Below are positions 38,075 to 47,680 of a stretch of DNA of 63,483 nucleotides, one piece after another. The stretch lies in the NCBI GenBank assembly GCA_027069855.1, contig JALXEF010000069.1, forward strand, positions 1 through 63,483, given 5' to 3'. The notes beneath the pieces were generated by a model. The model was not told the DNA's origin and made no database searches. It saw only the letters and a program-made list of their open reading frames with translations. A program made the position numbers and the translations under genes. The number at the start of each line of letters is the position of its first letter. Positions within the stretch are counted from its first letter, which is position 1. Source of the stretch: a candidate division WOR-3 bacterium. Lineage in GTDB: Bacteria; Hydrothermota; Hydrothermia; WGAB01.

Positions 38075-39967
38075 TCAGTGGCCTCCTCCGCTTCGCAACA
38101 GGAACCACACCAGGAAGTTGGCGCCGATCAGGATCCACAAAAGGTACGACCGCAGAAAGCCCGAACTCCACCGCCGGAACACGCTGCCCGTGGCCGCCAG
38201 GGTCCAGCCGGTGCCGTTGACCGTGCCGTCCACCAGCGCCCGGTCCACACCCCAGAACAGCACCTTGGCCGTCACCCGCAGGGTGCCCACCACGAACAGG
38301 TTGTAGATCTCGTCCACATAGTACTTGCGCTTCAGCAGGGTGTACAGGAAGCCGGCGCGGCGGGCCAGAAGGGCGGGATCGGGTTTCCGCAGGAGATACA
38401 GGCTATAGGCCAGGAGGATGCCCAAAAGCGCGACCCCTACCGACAGGGCGATGAGGCCCACTCCCGCGGGCCGATGCACCGTCCACTCCACCAGGTGAAA
38501 CTCGCCCAGGGCCGTTTCCAGGAACCGATGGAACACGCTGTGCTCCTCGCCGATGCCCACCCAGCCGGCGCCCACGGAGGCCGCCGCCAGGATCCACAGG
38601 GGCACGGTCATCACCGGCGGCGACTCATGCAGGTGGGCGTAGATCTCGGCATCCCGGGGCTTGCCGAAGAACACCAGGAAGATCAGCCGGAACATGTAAA
38701 AGGCCGTGAGCAGGGCCGTGAGAACGGCCACCGCCCAGATGAAGGTGTGGCCGGTGACATAGGCGTGTTTGATGATCTCATCCTTGGAAAAGAACCCGGC
38801 CAGCGGGGGCAGGCCGGAGAGCGCCAGGGCCCCGATCAGGAAGGTCCAGGCGGTATGGGGCATCTTGCGGAAAAAGCCGCCCATTTTCTGCATGTTCAGT
38901 TCGCCGTGGGTGGCGTGCATCACGCTGCCGGCGGCCAGGAACAGGAGCCCCTTGAAAAAGGCGTGGGTGTAGAGGTGAAAGATGCCTGCGGTGTAGGCAC
39001 CCAGCCCCACGGCCACGAACATGTAGCCCAGCTGGGAAATGGTGGAATAGGCCAGCACCCGTTTGATGTCGTCGTTCACCATGGCCATGGTGGCGGCGAA
39101 CAGGGCGGTGAAGGCCCCCACGGAGGCCACCAGCTGGCCCACCTGGGGCACCTCGCTGTACAGGAGATGACTCCGAGCCACCATGTACACGCCGGCCGTC
39201 ACCATGGTGGCGGCGTGGATCAGGGCCGACACCGGTGTCGGGCCCTCCATGGCATCGGGCAACCACACATACAGGGGGAACTGGGCCGACTTGCCCACGG
39301 CACCCAGGAACAGGAACAGGGTGGCCGCCACCAGCGCGCCCTGGTAAAGGTGGGGGTTGCTGGCCACCATCTGGAACACCGTGTCGTACCGGACACTGCC
39401 GAAGGTGGCGAACAGGGTGAAGATGCCCAACAGGAACCCGGCGTCGCCGATCCGGTTCACGATGAAGGCCTTTTTGCCCGCATCCGAGGCGCTCTTCTTT
39501 TCGTACCAGAACCCAATCAACAGGTAGGAGCACAGCCCCACGGCCTCCCAGCCCACAAAGAGCAGGGCGTAGTTGTTGGCCAGCACCAAAAGCAGCATGG
39601 AAAACACAAAGAGATTGAGGTAGGCGAAGTAGCGCCGGTACCCGGGGTCGCCGTGCATGTAGCCGATGGAATACACGTGCACCAGGAAGGACACGGTGGT
39701 GACTACTCCCATCATCACCGCCGTGAGGGAGTCAATGTAAAAGCCGAAGGGCACCACGAAGTTGGCCACCGGGATCCAGGTGTAGAGGTCCAGCACCACG
39801 GGCTCGAAGCCCACCCGGCCCAGGATCCACCAGCTGGCCAGCATGGAGATCCCCACGGCGATCACTGCGGGCCAGTGGGCCTTCTCGCGGAAGGGGTGGC
39901 CGAAAACGCCGTTCAGGATGGCGCCGAGGAGCGGTGCGAACAGGGCAAGACTTGCGGCCCAGAGCAT
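38075..39967 (-). CDS. nuoL: NADH-quinone oxidoreductase subunit L
   Basis: Starts at ATG 39967 (MLWAASLALFAPLLGAILNG) in a TGATG overlap with the nuoK stop. Contains WLPDAMEGPTPVSALIHAATMVTAG. The 753-aa track ORF extends spuriously over nuoK. Confidence 0.9.
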   Translation of the reverse strand: MLWAASLALFAPLLGAILNGVFGHPFREKAHWPAVIAVGISMLASWWILGRVGFEPVVLDLYTWIPVANFVVPFGFYIDSLTAVMMGVVTTVSFLVHVYSIGYMHGDPGYRRYFAYLNLFVFSMLLLVLANNYALLFVGWEAVGLCSYLLIGFWYEKKSASDAGKKAFIVNRIGDAGFLLGIFTLFATFGSVRYDTVFQMVASNPHLYQGALVAATLFLFLGAVGKSAQFPLYVWLPDAMEGPTPVSALIHAATMVTAGVYMVARSHLLYSEVPQVGQLVASVGAFTALFAATMAMVNDDIKRVLAYSTISQLGYMFVAVGLGAYTAGIFHLYTHAFFKGLLFLAAGSVMHATHGELNMQKMGGFFRKMPHTAWTFLIGALALSGLPPLAGFFSKDEIIKHAYVTGHTFIWAVAVLTALLTAFYMFRLIFLVFFGKPRDAEIYAHLHESPPVMTVPLWILAAASVGAGWVGIGEEHSVFHRFLETALGEFHLVEWTVHRPAGVGLIALSVGVALLGILLAYSLYLLRKPDPALLARRAGFLYTLLKRKYYVDEIYNLFVVGTLRVTAKVLFWGVDRALVDGTVNGTGWTLAATGSVFRRWSSGFLRSYLLWILIGANFLVWFLLRSGGGH

Positions 39968-40263
39968 CACGGTTCCTCCCGGTTCCAGAGGTCCACGAGG
40001 GGGCTGTCCTTCAGGCGCACCATGCTCACCAGGATGCCGATGCCGATGGCCACCTCCGCTGCGGCCACGGCCAGTACCATCAACACGATGAGCTGGCCCT
40101 CCAGAAGACCCGCCAGGGAGGCCGCCACCAGGGCCAGGCCCACGGCGTTCATCATGAGTTCCAGGTTCAGCAGCATGAACAGGGTGTTCCGCCGGAGCAC
40201 CACCCCGGCGGCGCCCAGGCCAAAGAGGAGCAACGACAGCAGGAGATACAGGGTGGGGTTCAT
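39967..40263 (-). CDS. nuoK: NADH-quinone oxidoreductase subunit K
   Basis: 98 aa with 3 TM helices and LELMMNAVGLALVA. Confidence 0.9.
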   Translation of the reverse strand: MNPTLYLLLSLLLFGLGAAGVVLRRNTLFMLLNLELMMNAVGLALVAASLAGLLEGQLIVLMVLAVAAAEVAIGIGILVSMVRLKDSPLVDLWNREEP

Positions 40264-40748
40264 GGGCCCGGCCTCCTGCGGACCAGCACGATGGCGCCCA
40301 CGATGGCCACGAGCAGCAACACCGAAACGATCTCAAAGGGAATCAGGTACTGCCGGAACAGCGCCTCGGCCAGGGGTTGCGGAGCACCGGGGGTGGGCGT
40401 CGGCGCCGCAGGAACCGGCGCGTGCCGCAGCAAAGCCAGCATCACCAGGAAAAAGGCGCCCGCAAACACCAGAGCCAGGAACCCGCGGGGGCCCAGATCA
40501 CGGTCATCCGGGATCCGGCGGAGGCTCATCACCGCAATGGCCACCAGGAACAGCACCACCACGGCGCCGGCGTACACAATGATCTGCACAAACCCCAAAA
40601 AGGGCGCCCCGGCCAGGATGTACAGGAACCCGATGCTCAAAAAGGCCAGGAGCAGGTACAGCGCCCCCCGCACCGGGTGGGTCTCCAGGAGCACCCCGAG
40701 GGCCCCGATCAGCGCCAGCAGCGCGAAAAGCCAGAAAAAGTAGATCAT
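40260..40748 (-). CDS. nuoJ: NADH-quinone oxidoreductase subunit J
   Basis: 162 aa, hydrophobic, positioned between H and K, with 4-nt overlaps on both sides. Confidence 0.85.
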   Translation of the reverse strand: MIYFFWLFALLALIGALGVLLETHPVRGALYLLLAFLSIGFLYILAGAPFLGFVQIIVYAGAVVVLFLVAIAVMSLRRIPDDRDLGPRGFLALVFAGAFFLVMLALLRHAPVPAAPTPTPGAPQPLAEALFRQYLIPFEIVSVLLLVAIVGAIVLVRRRPGP

Positions 40749-41695
40749 CGCAGCAACACCAATCCGGTGATCCCCAGGTTCACTAAGGCCAGGGGGATCA
40801 GCACCTTCCAGCCGAAGCGCATCAGTTGGTCAAACCGGAACCGCGGATAGGTCCAGCGGACCCAGATCATCAGGTAGAGCACCAGGGCCATTTTGAGGGC
40901 GAACCAGTGGAACCCGGGTTTCCAGGGGCCATACCAGCCGCCGAGGTACAGCGCGGTCATGAGAGCCGCGGCCACCACCATGTGGATGTACTCCCCCACG
41001 AAGAACATGGCGAACTTCATGGAACTGTACTCGGTATGGTAGCCGGCCACGAGTTCGGCCTCGGCCTCCGGCAGGTCAAAGGGCGCCCGGTTGGTTTCCG
41101 CGAACATGCTCACGAGGAACACCACGAACCCCAGGAACTGGGGAATGAGGTACCACAGGTGCTGCTGGGCGGCCACGATGTCCTTCAGCGAGAGGGAGCC
41201 GGCCATGAGCACGACGCCCACGAGAGCTAAGGCCATGGCGATCTCATAGGAGATCATCTGGTTGGCCGTGCGGAGGCCGCCAATCAGGGAGTACTTGTTG
41301 TTGGACGCCCAGCCGCCGAGGAGCACGCCGTAGGTGCCCAGCGAAGCCGCAGCCAGCACATACAGCAGGGCCACGTTGATGTCGGTCACGGCGAAGTGGG
41401 GAGCAAAGGGAATGACCGCGAGCGGCAGCAGGGCCATGACCGCGATGATGCCCGGGGCCAGCAGGTACAGCCAGCGGTTGCTCTGGGGGAACACGACCTC
41501 TTCCTTGAACACGAGTTTGATGAGGTCGGCCAGGGGTTGCAGGAGCCCGAAGGGGCCCACCCGGTTCGGGCCATACCGCTCCTGGAAATAGCCGGCGAGC
41601 TTTCGCTCGGCCAGCACCAGGTAGGCAGCGGCTCCCAAAACCCCGAAAAAGACAATCCCCGCCGCTGTCAGAAAGCCCAAAAGGGGATGGTTCAA
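40745..41695 (-). CDS. nuoH: NADH-quinone oxidoreductase subunit H
   Basis: 316 aa with the RAPFDLPEAEAELVAGYHTEYS motif. Confidence 0.9.
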   Translation of the reverse strand: MNHPLLGFLTAAGIVFFGVLGAAAYLVLAERKLAGYFQERYGPNRVGPFGLLQPLADLIKLVFKEEVVFPQSNRWLYLLAPGIIAVMALLPLAVIPFAPHFAVTDINVALLYVLAAASLGTYGVLLGGWASNNKYSLIGGLRTANQMISYEIAMALALVGVVLMAGSLSLKDIVAAQQHLWYLIPQFLGFVVFLVSMFAETNRAPFDLPEAEAELVAGYHTEYSSMKFAMFFVGEYIHMVVAAALMTALYLGGWYGPWKPGFHWFALKMALVLYLMIWVRWTYPRFRFDQLMRFGWKVLIPLALVNLGITGLVLLR

Positions 41696-41847
41696 TGCCT
41701 TCTCCCTGTTCGTTGAAACCGCCCTATTTTAGGGGCCTCCCCCAGAGGGGTCAACCGTTGCCCTGAAAAATCGCCGTTCTCCGCCGCCCCGATCCAACCA
41801 CGGCGTCGGTTGCCGTCCGGGGGCTTCGGGCATCGCCCGGTGCCCCC

Positions 41848-42957
41848 TCATCGCCCTTTGTGCCGCAACGCTTCAAAGAACTCGTGGAATTCGCGGGCGG
41901 CCTGGTCCCAGGTGAAGGTGTGGGCCCAGAGGGTGGCGGCCCGGCCCAGGCGGTCGCGCAGGTCCGGAAACCGGAGGATTTCCAGAAGCCGCCGGGCGGT
42001 TTCCTCCACCGACTCCACGATGAAGCCGGTTTCGCCGTGTCGCACGGTTTCCCTGAGGCCCGGCGCGTTCCACACCACCGCCGGGGTGCCGCAGGCCTGT
42101 GCTTCCATGGACACGATGCCCCAGCCCTCCTTAGGCGAGGTGGTCACAAAGGCCCAGGCCTTTTGCAGGAGTTCCCGTTTGGTTTCGGCGGGCACGAAGC
42201 CGGTGAAGGTCACGGCCCGGGAGATGCCCAGGTCGCGGGCCATCTGTTCCAGAAGGGGGCGGGCGTCGCCGTCGCCCACCACGAAGAGCCGGGCGTTGGG
42301 CAGGTGTTGTAAAACCTCGGCGAAGGCCCGGAGCACCCGGTCGCCCCGCTTGTAACGTTTGAGACGGCCCAGGTACACCACGGTGGGTTCGGGGAACCGC
42401 TCGGTGCCGGGCACCATGTCGGGTGGGGTACCGTTGTAGATCACCCGGATGTCCTGGGGCGGGATGCCCAGGCGGATCAGGTCGTCGCGGGAACTTTGGG
42501 ACACGGCCACAAAGGGCAGGCCGCGGTACAGTTTGCCCACGCTGCGTTCGGCCAGGTACACATAGGTGGCGGGCAGGGTGCCGGTTTCCTGGTAAATGGT
42601 TTTGCCGAAGAAGTGGTGCAACAGGGCCACCACGGGCTGCCGCACATAAAAGCGGGCGTAGAAGGGCAATTTGTTCAGGTCTTCCACCACAAAGTCAAAG
42701 GGCTCGTGGCGCAGTTCCCGCAGGTACACCCAGGGCACCACATAGTTGAAGAGGTTTCGGGGGCCCCGGCGGAGCACCCGCATGCCCTGGATTCGGGTCT
42801 CAGGCTCGGCGCCCTCAAAGGAACAGGCCAGCAGGGTCACCCGGTATCCGTAGGTGTTCACCAGGCGGCCGAACACCTCCTGCAGATGCACCTCGGCACC
42901 ACCGGCCAGGGGATGCTGGGGGTCCTGCCAGTTGATAACGAGCAGGTTAAGGCTCAC
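41848..42957 (-). CDS. Glycosyltransferase family 4 (GT-B, group 1)
   Basis: Contains the C-terminal EGWGIVSMEAQACGTPAVV motif typical of GT4. Confidence 0.8.
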   Translation of the reverse strand: MSLNLLVINWQDPQHPLAGGAEVHLQEVFGRLVNTYGYRVTLLACSFEGAEPETRIQGMRVLRRGPRNLFNYVVPWVYLRELRHEPFDFVVEDLNKLPFYARFYVRQPVVALLHHFFGKTIYQETGTLPATYVYLAERSVGKLYRGLPFVAVSQSSRDDLIRLGIPPQDIRVIYNGTPPDMVPGTERFPEPTVVYLGRLKRYKRGDRVLRAFAEVLQHLPNARLFVVGDGDARPLLEQMARDLGISRAVTFTGFVPAETKRELLQKAWAFVTTSPKEGWGIVSMEAQACGTPAVVWNAPGLRETVRHGETGFIVESVEETARRLLEILRFPDLRDRLGRAATLWAHTFTWDQAAREFHEFFEALRHKGR

Positions 42958-44140
42958 GGGCGGGAACGAGTTTCAGGAACTTGCGTTTGCCCACCTTGAG
43001 CACGGATTCCTCCTGAATCCGGAGCACGAGGGTGGGGTCTTCAATGACCTCGCCGTTGAGCCGAACCGCGCGCTGTTTGATGAGCCGCCGGGCCTCGCTC
43101 TTGGAGGCCACGAGGCCGGCGTCGTAAATGAGATCCACGATGTTCTTGCCCTCCGGCGGCACCCGGACCTCGGGCATGGCCGAGGGGGCCTGCCGGGCCC
43201 GGAACACGCGGTTGAACTCCTCCTCGGCCGCCCGGGCGGCGGCCTCGGAATAGAAGAGTTTGACGATCTCGTAGGCCAGGCGGGCCTTGGTGTCCCGCGG
43301 GTCCTCGGCCATCTGCCGGCGGACTTCCTCCAGTTGCCGGTCGTCGTAGTAGAGCACCAGTGAGTAGTACTCGGGCACCACGGCGTCGGGGATGGACATG
43401 ACCTTGCCGTACATTTCGGCCGGGGGATCGTTGAAGGCGATGTAGTTGCCGTAGGACTTGGACATCTTGCGCACACCGTCGGTGCCCACCAGGAGCGGCA
43501 ATGTTAAGATCACCTGGGGTTCCTGGCCGTAGTGCTTCTGCACCTCCCGGGCCACCAGGAAGTTGAACTTCTGGTCGGTGCCGCCCACCTCCATGTCGGC
43601 CTGGATGTGGTACGAGTCGTAGCCCTGGAACAGGGGATACAGGAACTCGTGGATGAAGATGGGGGTGTTGCTGCGGTACCGTTTTTCAAAGTCGTCGCGT
43701 TCCAGCATCCGGGCCACGGTGTAGGCACTGGCCAGGTGCACGATGTCGCGGGCGCAGAGTTTGGAAAGCCAGGAGGCGTTGAACTGCACCTCGGTTTTAT
43801 GGGGATCCAGCACCCGCGACACCTGTTCAAAGTAGGTGCGGGCGTTCTCGCGGACCTCTTCTTCGGAAAGCCGGGGGCGGGTGGTATCGCGGCCCGAGGG
43901 GTCGCCGATGGTGGCCGTGAAATCGCCCACGATGAACACGATGCGGTGCCCCAAGTCCTGCAGGTCCTTGAGTTTCCGCAGGTTCACATAGTGGCCCAGG
44001 TGCAGGTCGGGCCGGCTGGGATCGGCGCCGTACTTGACCACCAGCGGCCTGCCCCGGCGGAGTTTGGCCTCCAGTTCCTCCAGGGGCAACAGGTCTACGG
44101 TTTTGAACCGGATGATCTCCAGGTGGTGCCGCAGGTCCAT
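42947..44140 (-). CDS. tyrS: Tyrosine--tRNA ligase
   Basis: HLGH (HIGH-type) and KMSKS motifs, plus a C-terminal S4-like domain (SKSEARRLIKQRAVRLNGEVI). Confidence 0.95.
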   Translation of the reverse strand: MDLRHHLEIIRFKTVDLLPLEELEAKLRRGRPLVVKYGADPSRPDLHLGHYVNLRKLKDLQDLGHRIVFIVGDFTATIGDPSGRDTTRPRLSEEEVRENARTYFEQVSRVLDPHKTEVQFNASWLSKLCARDIVHLASAYTVARMLERDDFEKRYRSNTPIFIHEFLYPLFQGYDSYHIQADMEVGGTDQKFNFLVAREVQKHYGQEPQVILTLPLLVGTDGVRKMSKSYGNYIAFNDPPAEMYGKVMSIPDAVVPEYYSLVLYYDDRQLEEVRRQMAEDPRDTKARLAYEIVKLFYSEAAARAAEEEFNRVFRARQAPSAMPEVRVPPEGKNIVDLIYDAGLVASKSEARRLIKQRAVRLNGEVIEDPTLVLRIQEESVLKVGKRKFLKLVPAREP

Positions 44141-44146
44141 GGAGCC

Positions 44147-44488
44147 TCAGGCCAGGTAGATGAAGATGCCGCAGTTGGAGCAGGTTTCCAGGCGCTGGTT
44201 CTTATCCGGACCCGACACCACGGCGGTGGGCAACTGGATAAAGCAGTTCATGCACACCCCACCCACCACCGGCGCGATGCCCCGGCCGTAGCGCTTCCGC
44301 AGCCGCTCGTACCGGCGATACACCTGCTCGGGGATCTGCCGGACCAGCTCCTCGCGGCGTTTCAGGAGTTCCTTCTTGCGGGTTTCCTTGACCTCAAAGC
44401 CCAGTTCCTGATACTCGGGGCTTTCCAGTTCCTTAAGGAGTTGGTCCAGGTCGTGGAGGGCAATGAGTTTGGAAAGCACCTCGTCCAT
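44147..44488 (-). CDS. Coiled-coil / C4 zinc-ribbon protein (COG1579-like C-terminal part)
   Basis: 113 aa with CMNCFIQLP ... CSNCGIFIY. Confidence 0.55.
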   Translation of the reverse strand: MDEVLSKLIALHDLDQLLKELESPEYQELGFEVKETRKKELLKRREELVRQIPEQVYRRYERLRKRYGRGIAPVVGGVCMNCFIQLPTAVVSGPDKNQRLETCSNCGIFIYLA

Positions 44489-44492
44489 GCCG

Positions 44493-44948
44493 CTACTCCT
44501 CCTTGAGCAGCTTCAGGAGATAGTCCACGAAGGCCTTGGGGTCGTCAATCTCCAGGTACTCGCGGGTGCGGGCCAGTTTCCGGGAGAGGTGGGCGATCTT
44601 GCCCAGGGTGATGAGATAGACGGTGCCGGGGTCCTGGGGCGGAGCCAGCAGCAGGAAAAAGAGGTACACGGGTTTCTTGTCCAGGGCGTCGAAGTCCACC
44701 CCCTTCTTGGACCGGCCCACCACCAGGTACACCTGGTCCAGCACCAGGCTGCGGGTATGGGGGATGGCGATGCCCTTGCCGATGCCGGTGGAGCCGATGG
44801 ATTCGCGTTTGAGGAGGGCATCCAGGATGATGTCCTCCTTGGAGGGATCAAACTGCAGGGGCTTCAGGAGTTCGCGCAGGGCCTCCTCCTTGGTGGTGGC
44901 CTGCATGTCCAGGATCACCCGATCTTCACGCAGGAGTTTTTCTAACAT
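44493..44948 (-). CDS. ptsN: PTS EIIA-type nitrogen-regulatory protein
   Basis: 151 aa with the GIAIPH phosphorylation-site motif. A GGGGAGG SD is present. Confidence 0.8.
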   Translation of the reverse strand: MLEKLLREDRVILDMQATTKEEALRELLKPLQFDPSKEDIILDALLKRESIGSTGIGKGIAIPHTRSLVLDQVYLVVGRSKKGVDFDALDKKPVYLFFLLLAPPQDPGTVYLITLGKIAHLSRKLARTREYLEIDDPKAFVDYLLKLLKEE

Positions 44949-44975
44949 GGTTCGCCTCCCCTGAACGCCGATGGT

Positions 44976-45239
44976 TTATGAGGACTCCTGGGCCCGGGCG
45001 CGACGCCGCCAGGGCCACAGAGCCACGGGTACAAACACCACATACCCCAGCACCAGAGAAACGGTGGAAAACACCGCGTCGCCCGTGTACAGCAAGCCAA
45101 AGCCAAGCAGGATCAAAACGATCCCTACGAAGAGCAACAGGTACTGGGTTCGGGAATACGGCAGCCCCAGAAACGGGGTTTCTTTTACCGAAACCTTTCG
45201 CCTACGCCGGGGCGGACGTTGCCGCCGTTCCTGATTCAT
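44976..45239 (-). CDS. Small two-TM membrane protein (DUF3098-like)
   Basis: 87 aa with a basic N-terminus, then TPFLGLPYSRTQYLLLFVGIVLILLGFGLL and a second TM helix. Confidence 0.45.
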   Translation of the reverse strand: MNQERRQRPPRRRRKVSVKETPFLGLPYSRTQYLLLFVGIVLILLGFGLLYTGDAVFSTVSLVLGYVVFVPVALWPWRRRARAQESS

Positions 45240-46288
45240 TGTAATGCAACCTCCTTCACCGTGCCTTTGCGCAAGAGAACTAACTTTATAAACCCCGGCA
45301 CCGGCAAAAGCAATTGAAAGCCCTCAAAAACCGGCACCACGGGGTACGCCTGGAAAAAGGCCGCGGGATCTTCGCCCCGCTCGGCCATGCGGGATACCAG
45401 GACGCCCGCAAGATACCCCTGAAGCGCCACGGTACCGGGCACAGCGCCCGTGGAATCCGCATAGGCGTGGCGAAAGGCCTGGAGGTCCACGGACACGCTG
45501 CGGTCCCGGGCCAGATCCCGGTCCAGGGTGACCACAAACACGGAATCGGTGAACCGGGCCATCTCGCGGTTTGTCGGCGCAAGCCACTCCCCGAAGGCGA
45601 ACACCTTGCCGTGGAACCCGATACCCCGGGCGTAATCCGCCAGGCCCACGCCCGTGGGACCGGCGGCGCAGAGCACCAACCCCTCGGTGTTCACCGTGTC
45701 CAGGATTCCCTGCAGCCAGGAAAGCGACAGGGTGTCCTCGGGATACAGCGCGAAGGACACCTTCTGGAAATCCGGGCCCTGCAGCAGGCGCTGCAACGCC
45801 CGATACCGGGCCAGGGGCCGGGGCGACCGGGGCGAGAGCACGAGAAGGTTCTGCACCCTCAGGGCCTTCAGAACCTCTGCGAGTTTCCGGGTTTCAGCAC
45901 ATACGCCGGCGAAGGGGCCGAACACGGGCTGCACCGCGGTGCACTGGGCGGGGTCCAGGGCCAGGGGCGAGTACACGGCCACCTGGGGCACCGGCGACGC
46001 CTGCAGCACCGCGGCCATCTCCTCCGAGGTCAGCGGGCCGACGACCAGCCGCACCCGGGGCTGGACCCCCAAACTCTGCCAGAAGCGCAGGGCCCGCTGG
46101 GGATCGCCCCGGGTGTCCCATACCCGGGCGGTAACATCCCCCCGCAGGCCCATTCGGAACCCCTGCAAAAACTCCCGGCCCACCGGGGCGAGTTCTCCCT
46201 TCATGGGGAGCATCAACGCCACCGTGAGCCCCTGGGCGAGCAACCAGCCAGGGAAACCGAGAATCAGCCAGCGATAAAGTCGGCGCAT
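45236..46288 (-). CDS. Periplasmic substrate-binding protein (type I PBP / LivK- or LpoA-like fold)
   Basis: ATG 46288 (MRRLYRWLILGFPGWLLAQG signal). The longer track ORF runs through tRNA-Ser. The fold assignment rests on general sequence character only. Confidence 0.55.
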   Translation of the reverse strand: MRRLYRWLILGFPGWLLAQGLTVALMLPMKGELAPVGREFLQGFRMGLRGDVTARVWDTRGDPQRALRFWQSLGVQPRVRLVVGPLTSEEMAAVLQASPVPQVAVYSPLALDPAQCTAVQPVFGPFAGVCAETRKLAEVLKALRVQNLLVLSPRSPRPLARYRALQRLLQGPDFQKVSFALYPEDTLSLSWLQGILDTVNTEGLVLCAAGPTGVGLADYARGIGFHGKVFAFGEWLAPTNREMARFTDSVFVVTLDRDLARDRSVSVDLQAFRHAYADSTGAVPGTVALQGYLAGVLVSRMAERGEDPAAFFQAYPVVPVFEGFQLLLPVPGFIKLVLLRKGTVKEVALQ

Positions 46289-46382
46289 GAAACCTTGACC
46301 GGGTTTTGGGTGCCCCCTGCAGCCTGTGCCACGGGCCTTAAACTTATATAGCCTCCTCGGCGCACTGCAAAATCCGAAAACC

Positions 46383-46471
46383 GGAGGGGTGGCCGAGCGG
46401 CTGAAGGCGCGCGATTCGAAATCGCGTAGGGGAGTAACATCCCCTCGAGGGTTCGAATCCCTCCCCCTCCG
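46383..46471 (+). tRNA. tRNA-Ser (anticodon CGA)
   Basis: Acceptor GGAGGGG/CCCCTCC, anticodon stem-loop CGCGA-TTCGAAA-TCGCG, long variable arm GGGGAgtaacaTCCCC and T arm GAGGG-TTCGAAT-CCCTC. CCA is not fully encoded. Confidence 0.9.
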
Positions 46472-46481
46472 CCTTTTTTCC

Positions 46482-47267
46482 ATGACCAAACCAATGTTCC
46501 AGCCCAACCGTCTGGTGGCCCTCCTGAGCGACTTCGGCCTGCAGGACCCCTATGTGGCCGTGATGAAGACCGTGATCCTCCGGCAGGTACCGGACGCCCG
46601 CTTCATAGACCTCACCCACGAGGTGGCCCCCCAGAATGTGCTCCAGGGTGCCTGGATGCTCAAGCGGGTGGTGCCCTTCTTTCCGCCGGGTACGGTGTTC
46701 GTGGCTGTGGTGGACCCCGGCGTGGGCACCCGGCGCCGCAACCTGGCGCTTTTCAGCGGCTCCCACGCCTTCGTGGGCCCGGACAACGGCCTGTTCACCT
46801 GGGTGCTGGCCCCCGAAAGCCGGGCCTTTGCCGTGCCCACCCCGCCCGGGGCCTCCTCCACCTTCCACGGCCGCGATGTTTATGCGCCCACCGCCGCCCG
46901 AATCCTCCAGGGGCCCGTGCCCGCGAACGACTGGCAACCCCTGGACGCAGCGGACCTCGTCCGCCTCCAGGTGCCTCCGGTGAGCCGCCAGGGCAATCGC
47001 GCCCGGGGCGTGATCCTGTTCTTTGACCGCTTCGGCAACGCCATCACCAATGTGGAACGCGCCCAGTTTCCCGACCTTTGCGTGGAGGCTGTGCGGATTG
47101 AAGACCGGTGGATCCCCATGAAGCGCACCTATGCCGATGTGGCACCGGGCGAGGCCCTGGCCCTGTGGGGCTCCTTCGGCGAACTGGAAATCTCCATCCG
47201 CGAAGGCAACGCCCGGGAGGTCTTCGGCCTCCGGCCTCTGCAGCCCGTAGACCTCATCCTATGCTGA
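46482..47267 (+). CDS. SAM hydroxide adenosyltransferase family protein (DUF62, chlorinase/fluorinase-like)
   Basis: Contains the LLSDFGLQDPYVAVMKTVI N-terminal signature. The start lies just after the tRNA. Confidence 0.8.
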   Translation: MTKPMFQPNRLVALLSDFGLQDPYVAVMKTVILRQVPDARFIDLTHEVAPQNVLQGAWMLKRVVPFFPPGTVFVAVVDPGVGTRRRNLALFSGSHAFVGPDNGLFTWVLAPESRAFAVPTPPGASSTFHGRDVYAPTAARILQGPVPANDWQPLDAADLVRLQVPPVSRQGNRARGVILFFDRFGNAITNVERAQFPDLCVEAVRIEDRWIPMKRTYADVAPGEALALWGSFGELEISIREGNAREVFGLRPLQPVDLILC

Positions 47268-47680
47268 GCCTCCTTCTGGTCCTGCTGCCCGTCGTCGCCC
47301 TCCTGGACGGCTGGATCCACCGGCCGGGCTGGCCCGATCTGACCCTGGCGTTCCTGATTCCCCTGCTGCTCCGCGGTGAGAACCCCTGGATCCTGCCGGT
47401 GGCCTTCGTGGCGGCCGTGTTCCGGGAAGGTCTGGATCCCTTCCGGCCCTGGCTCTTTCCCCTGTTCGTGGTGGTGGCCTTCGCCCTGAGCACAACCCTG
47501 CGGGTGCGGATCAACCTCAAACTCCTGCCCATCCGGCTCGCTGTGGCCGCCCTCCTCGTACTCCTGGACCTCCTTTTGCTCGCCGGCACCCACACCTATT
47601 CCCTGGCCGATCCTCACCTCTGGCTCACGGGCCTCTGGACCCTGGGGCTCAGCGCCCTGTTTCTGGTGAAAACCCCATGA
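47261..47680 (+). CDS. MreD-like membrane protein
   Basis: 139-aa polytopic protein directly upstream of, and overlapping, mrdA. No mreB or mreC is in the window. Confidence 0.45.
   Translation: MLSLLLVLLPVVALLDGWIHRPGWPDLTLAFLIPLLLRGENPWILPVAFVAAVFREGLDPFRPWLFPLFVVVAFALSTTLRVRINLKLLPIRLAVAALLVLLDLLLLAGTHTYSLADPHLWLTGLWTLGLSALFLVKTP

Noticed and set aside
38075-40336. 753-aa version of nuoL
   Set aside because: The first 123 codons overlap nuoK and part of nuoJ in another frame and are Gly/Arg/Pro-rich. ATG 39967, in a TGATG junction with the nuoK stop, gives a canonical NuoL N-terminus.
45236-47267. N-terminal extensions of ORFs 45236-46507(-) and 46326-47267(+) that run across 46383-46471
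   Set aside because: Both extensions read through the tRNA-Ser gene. Internal ATGs at 46288 and 46482 give proteins with a proper signal peptide or family N-terminus.
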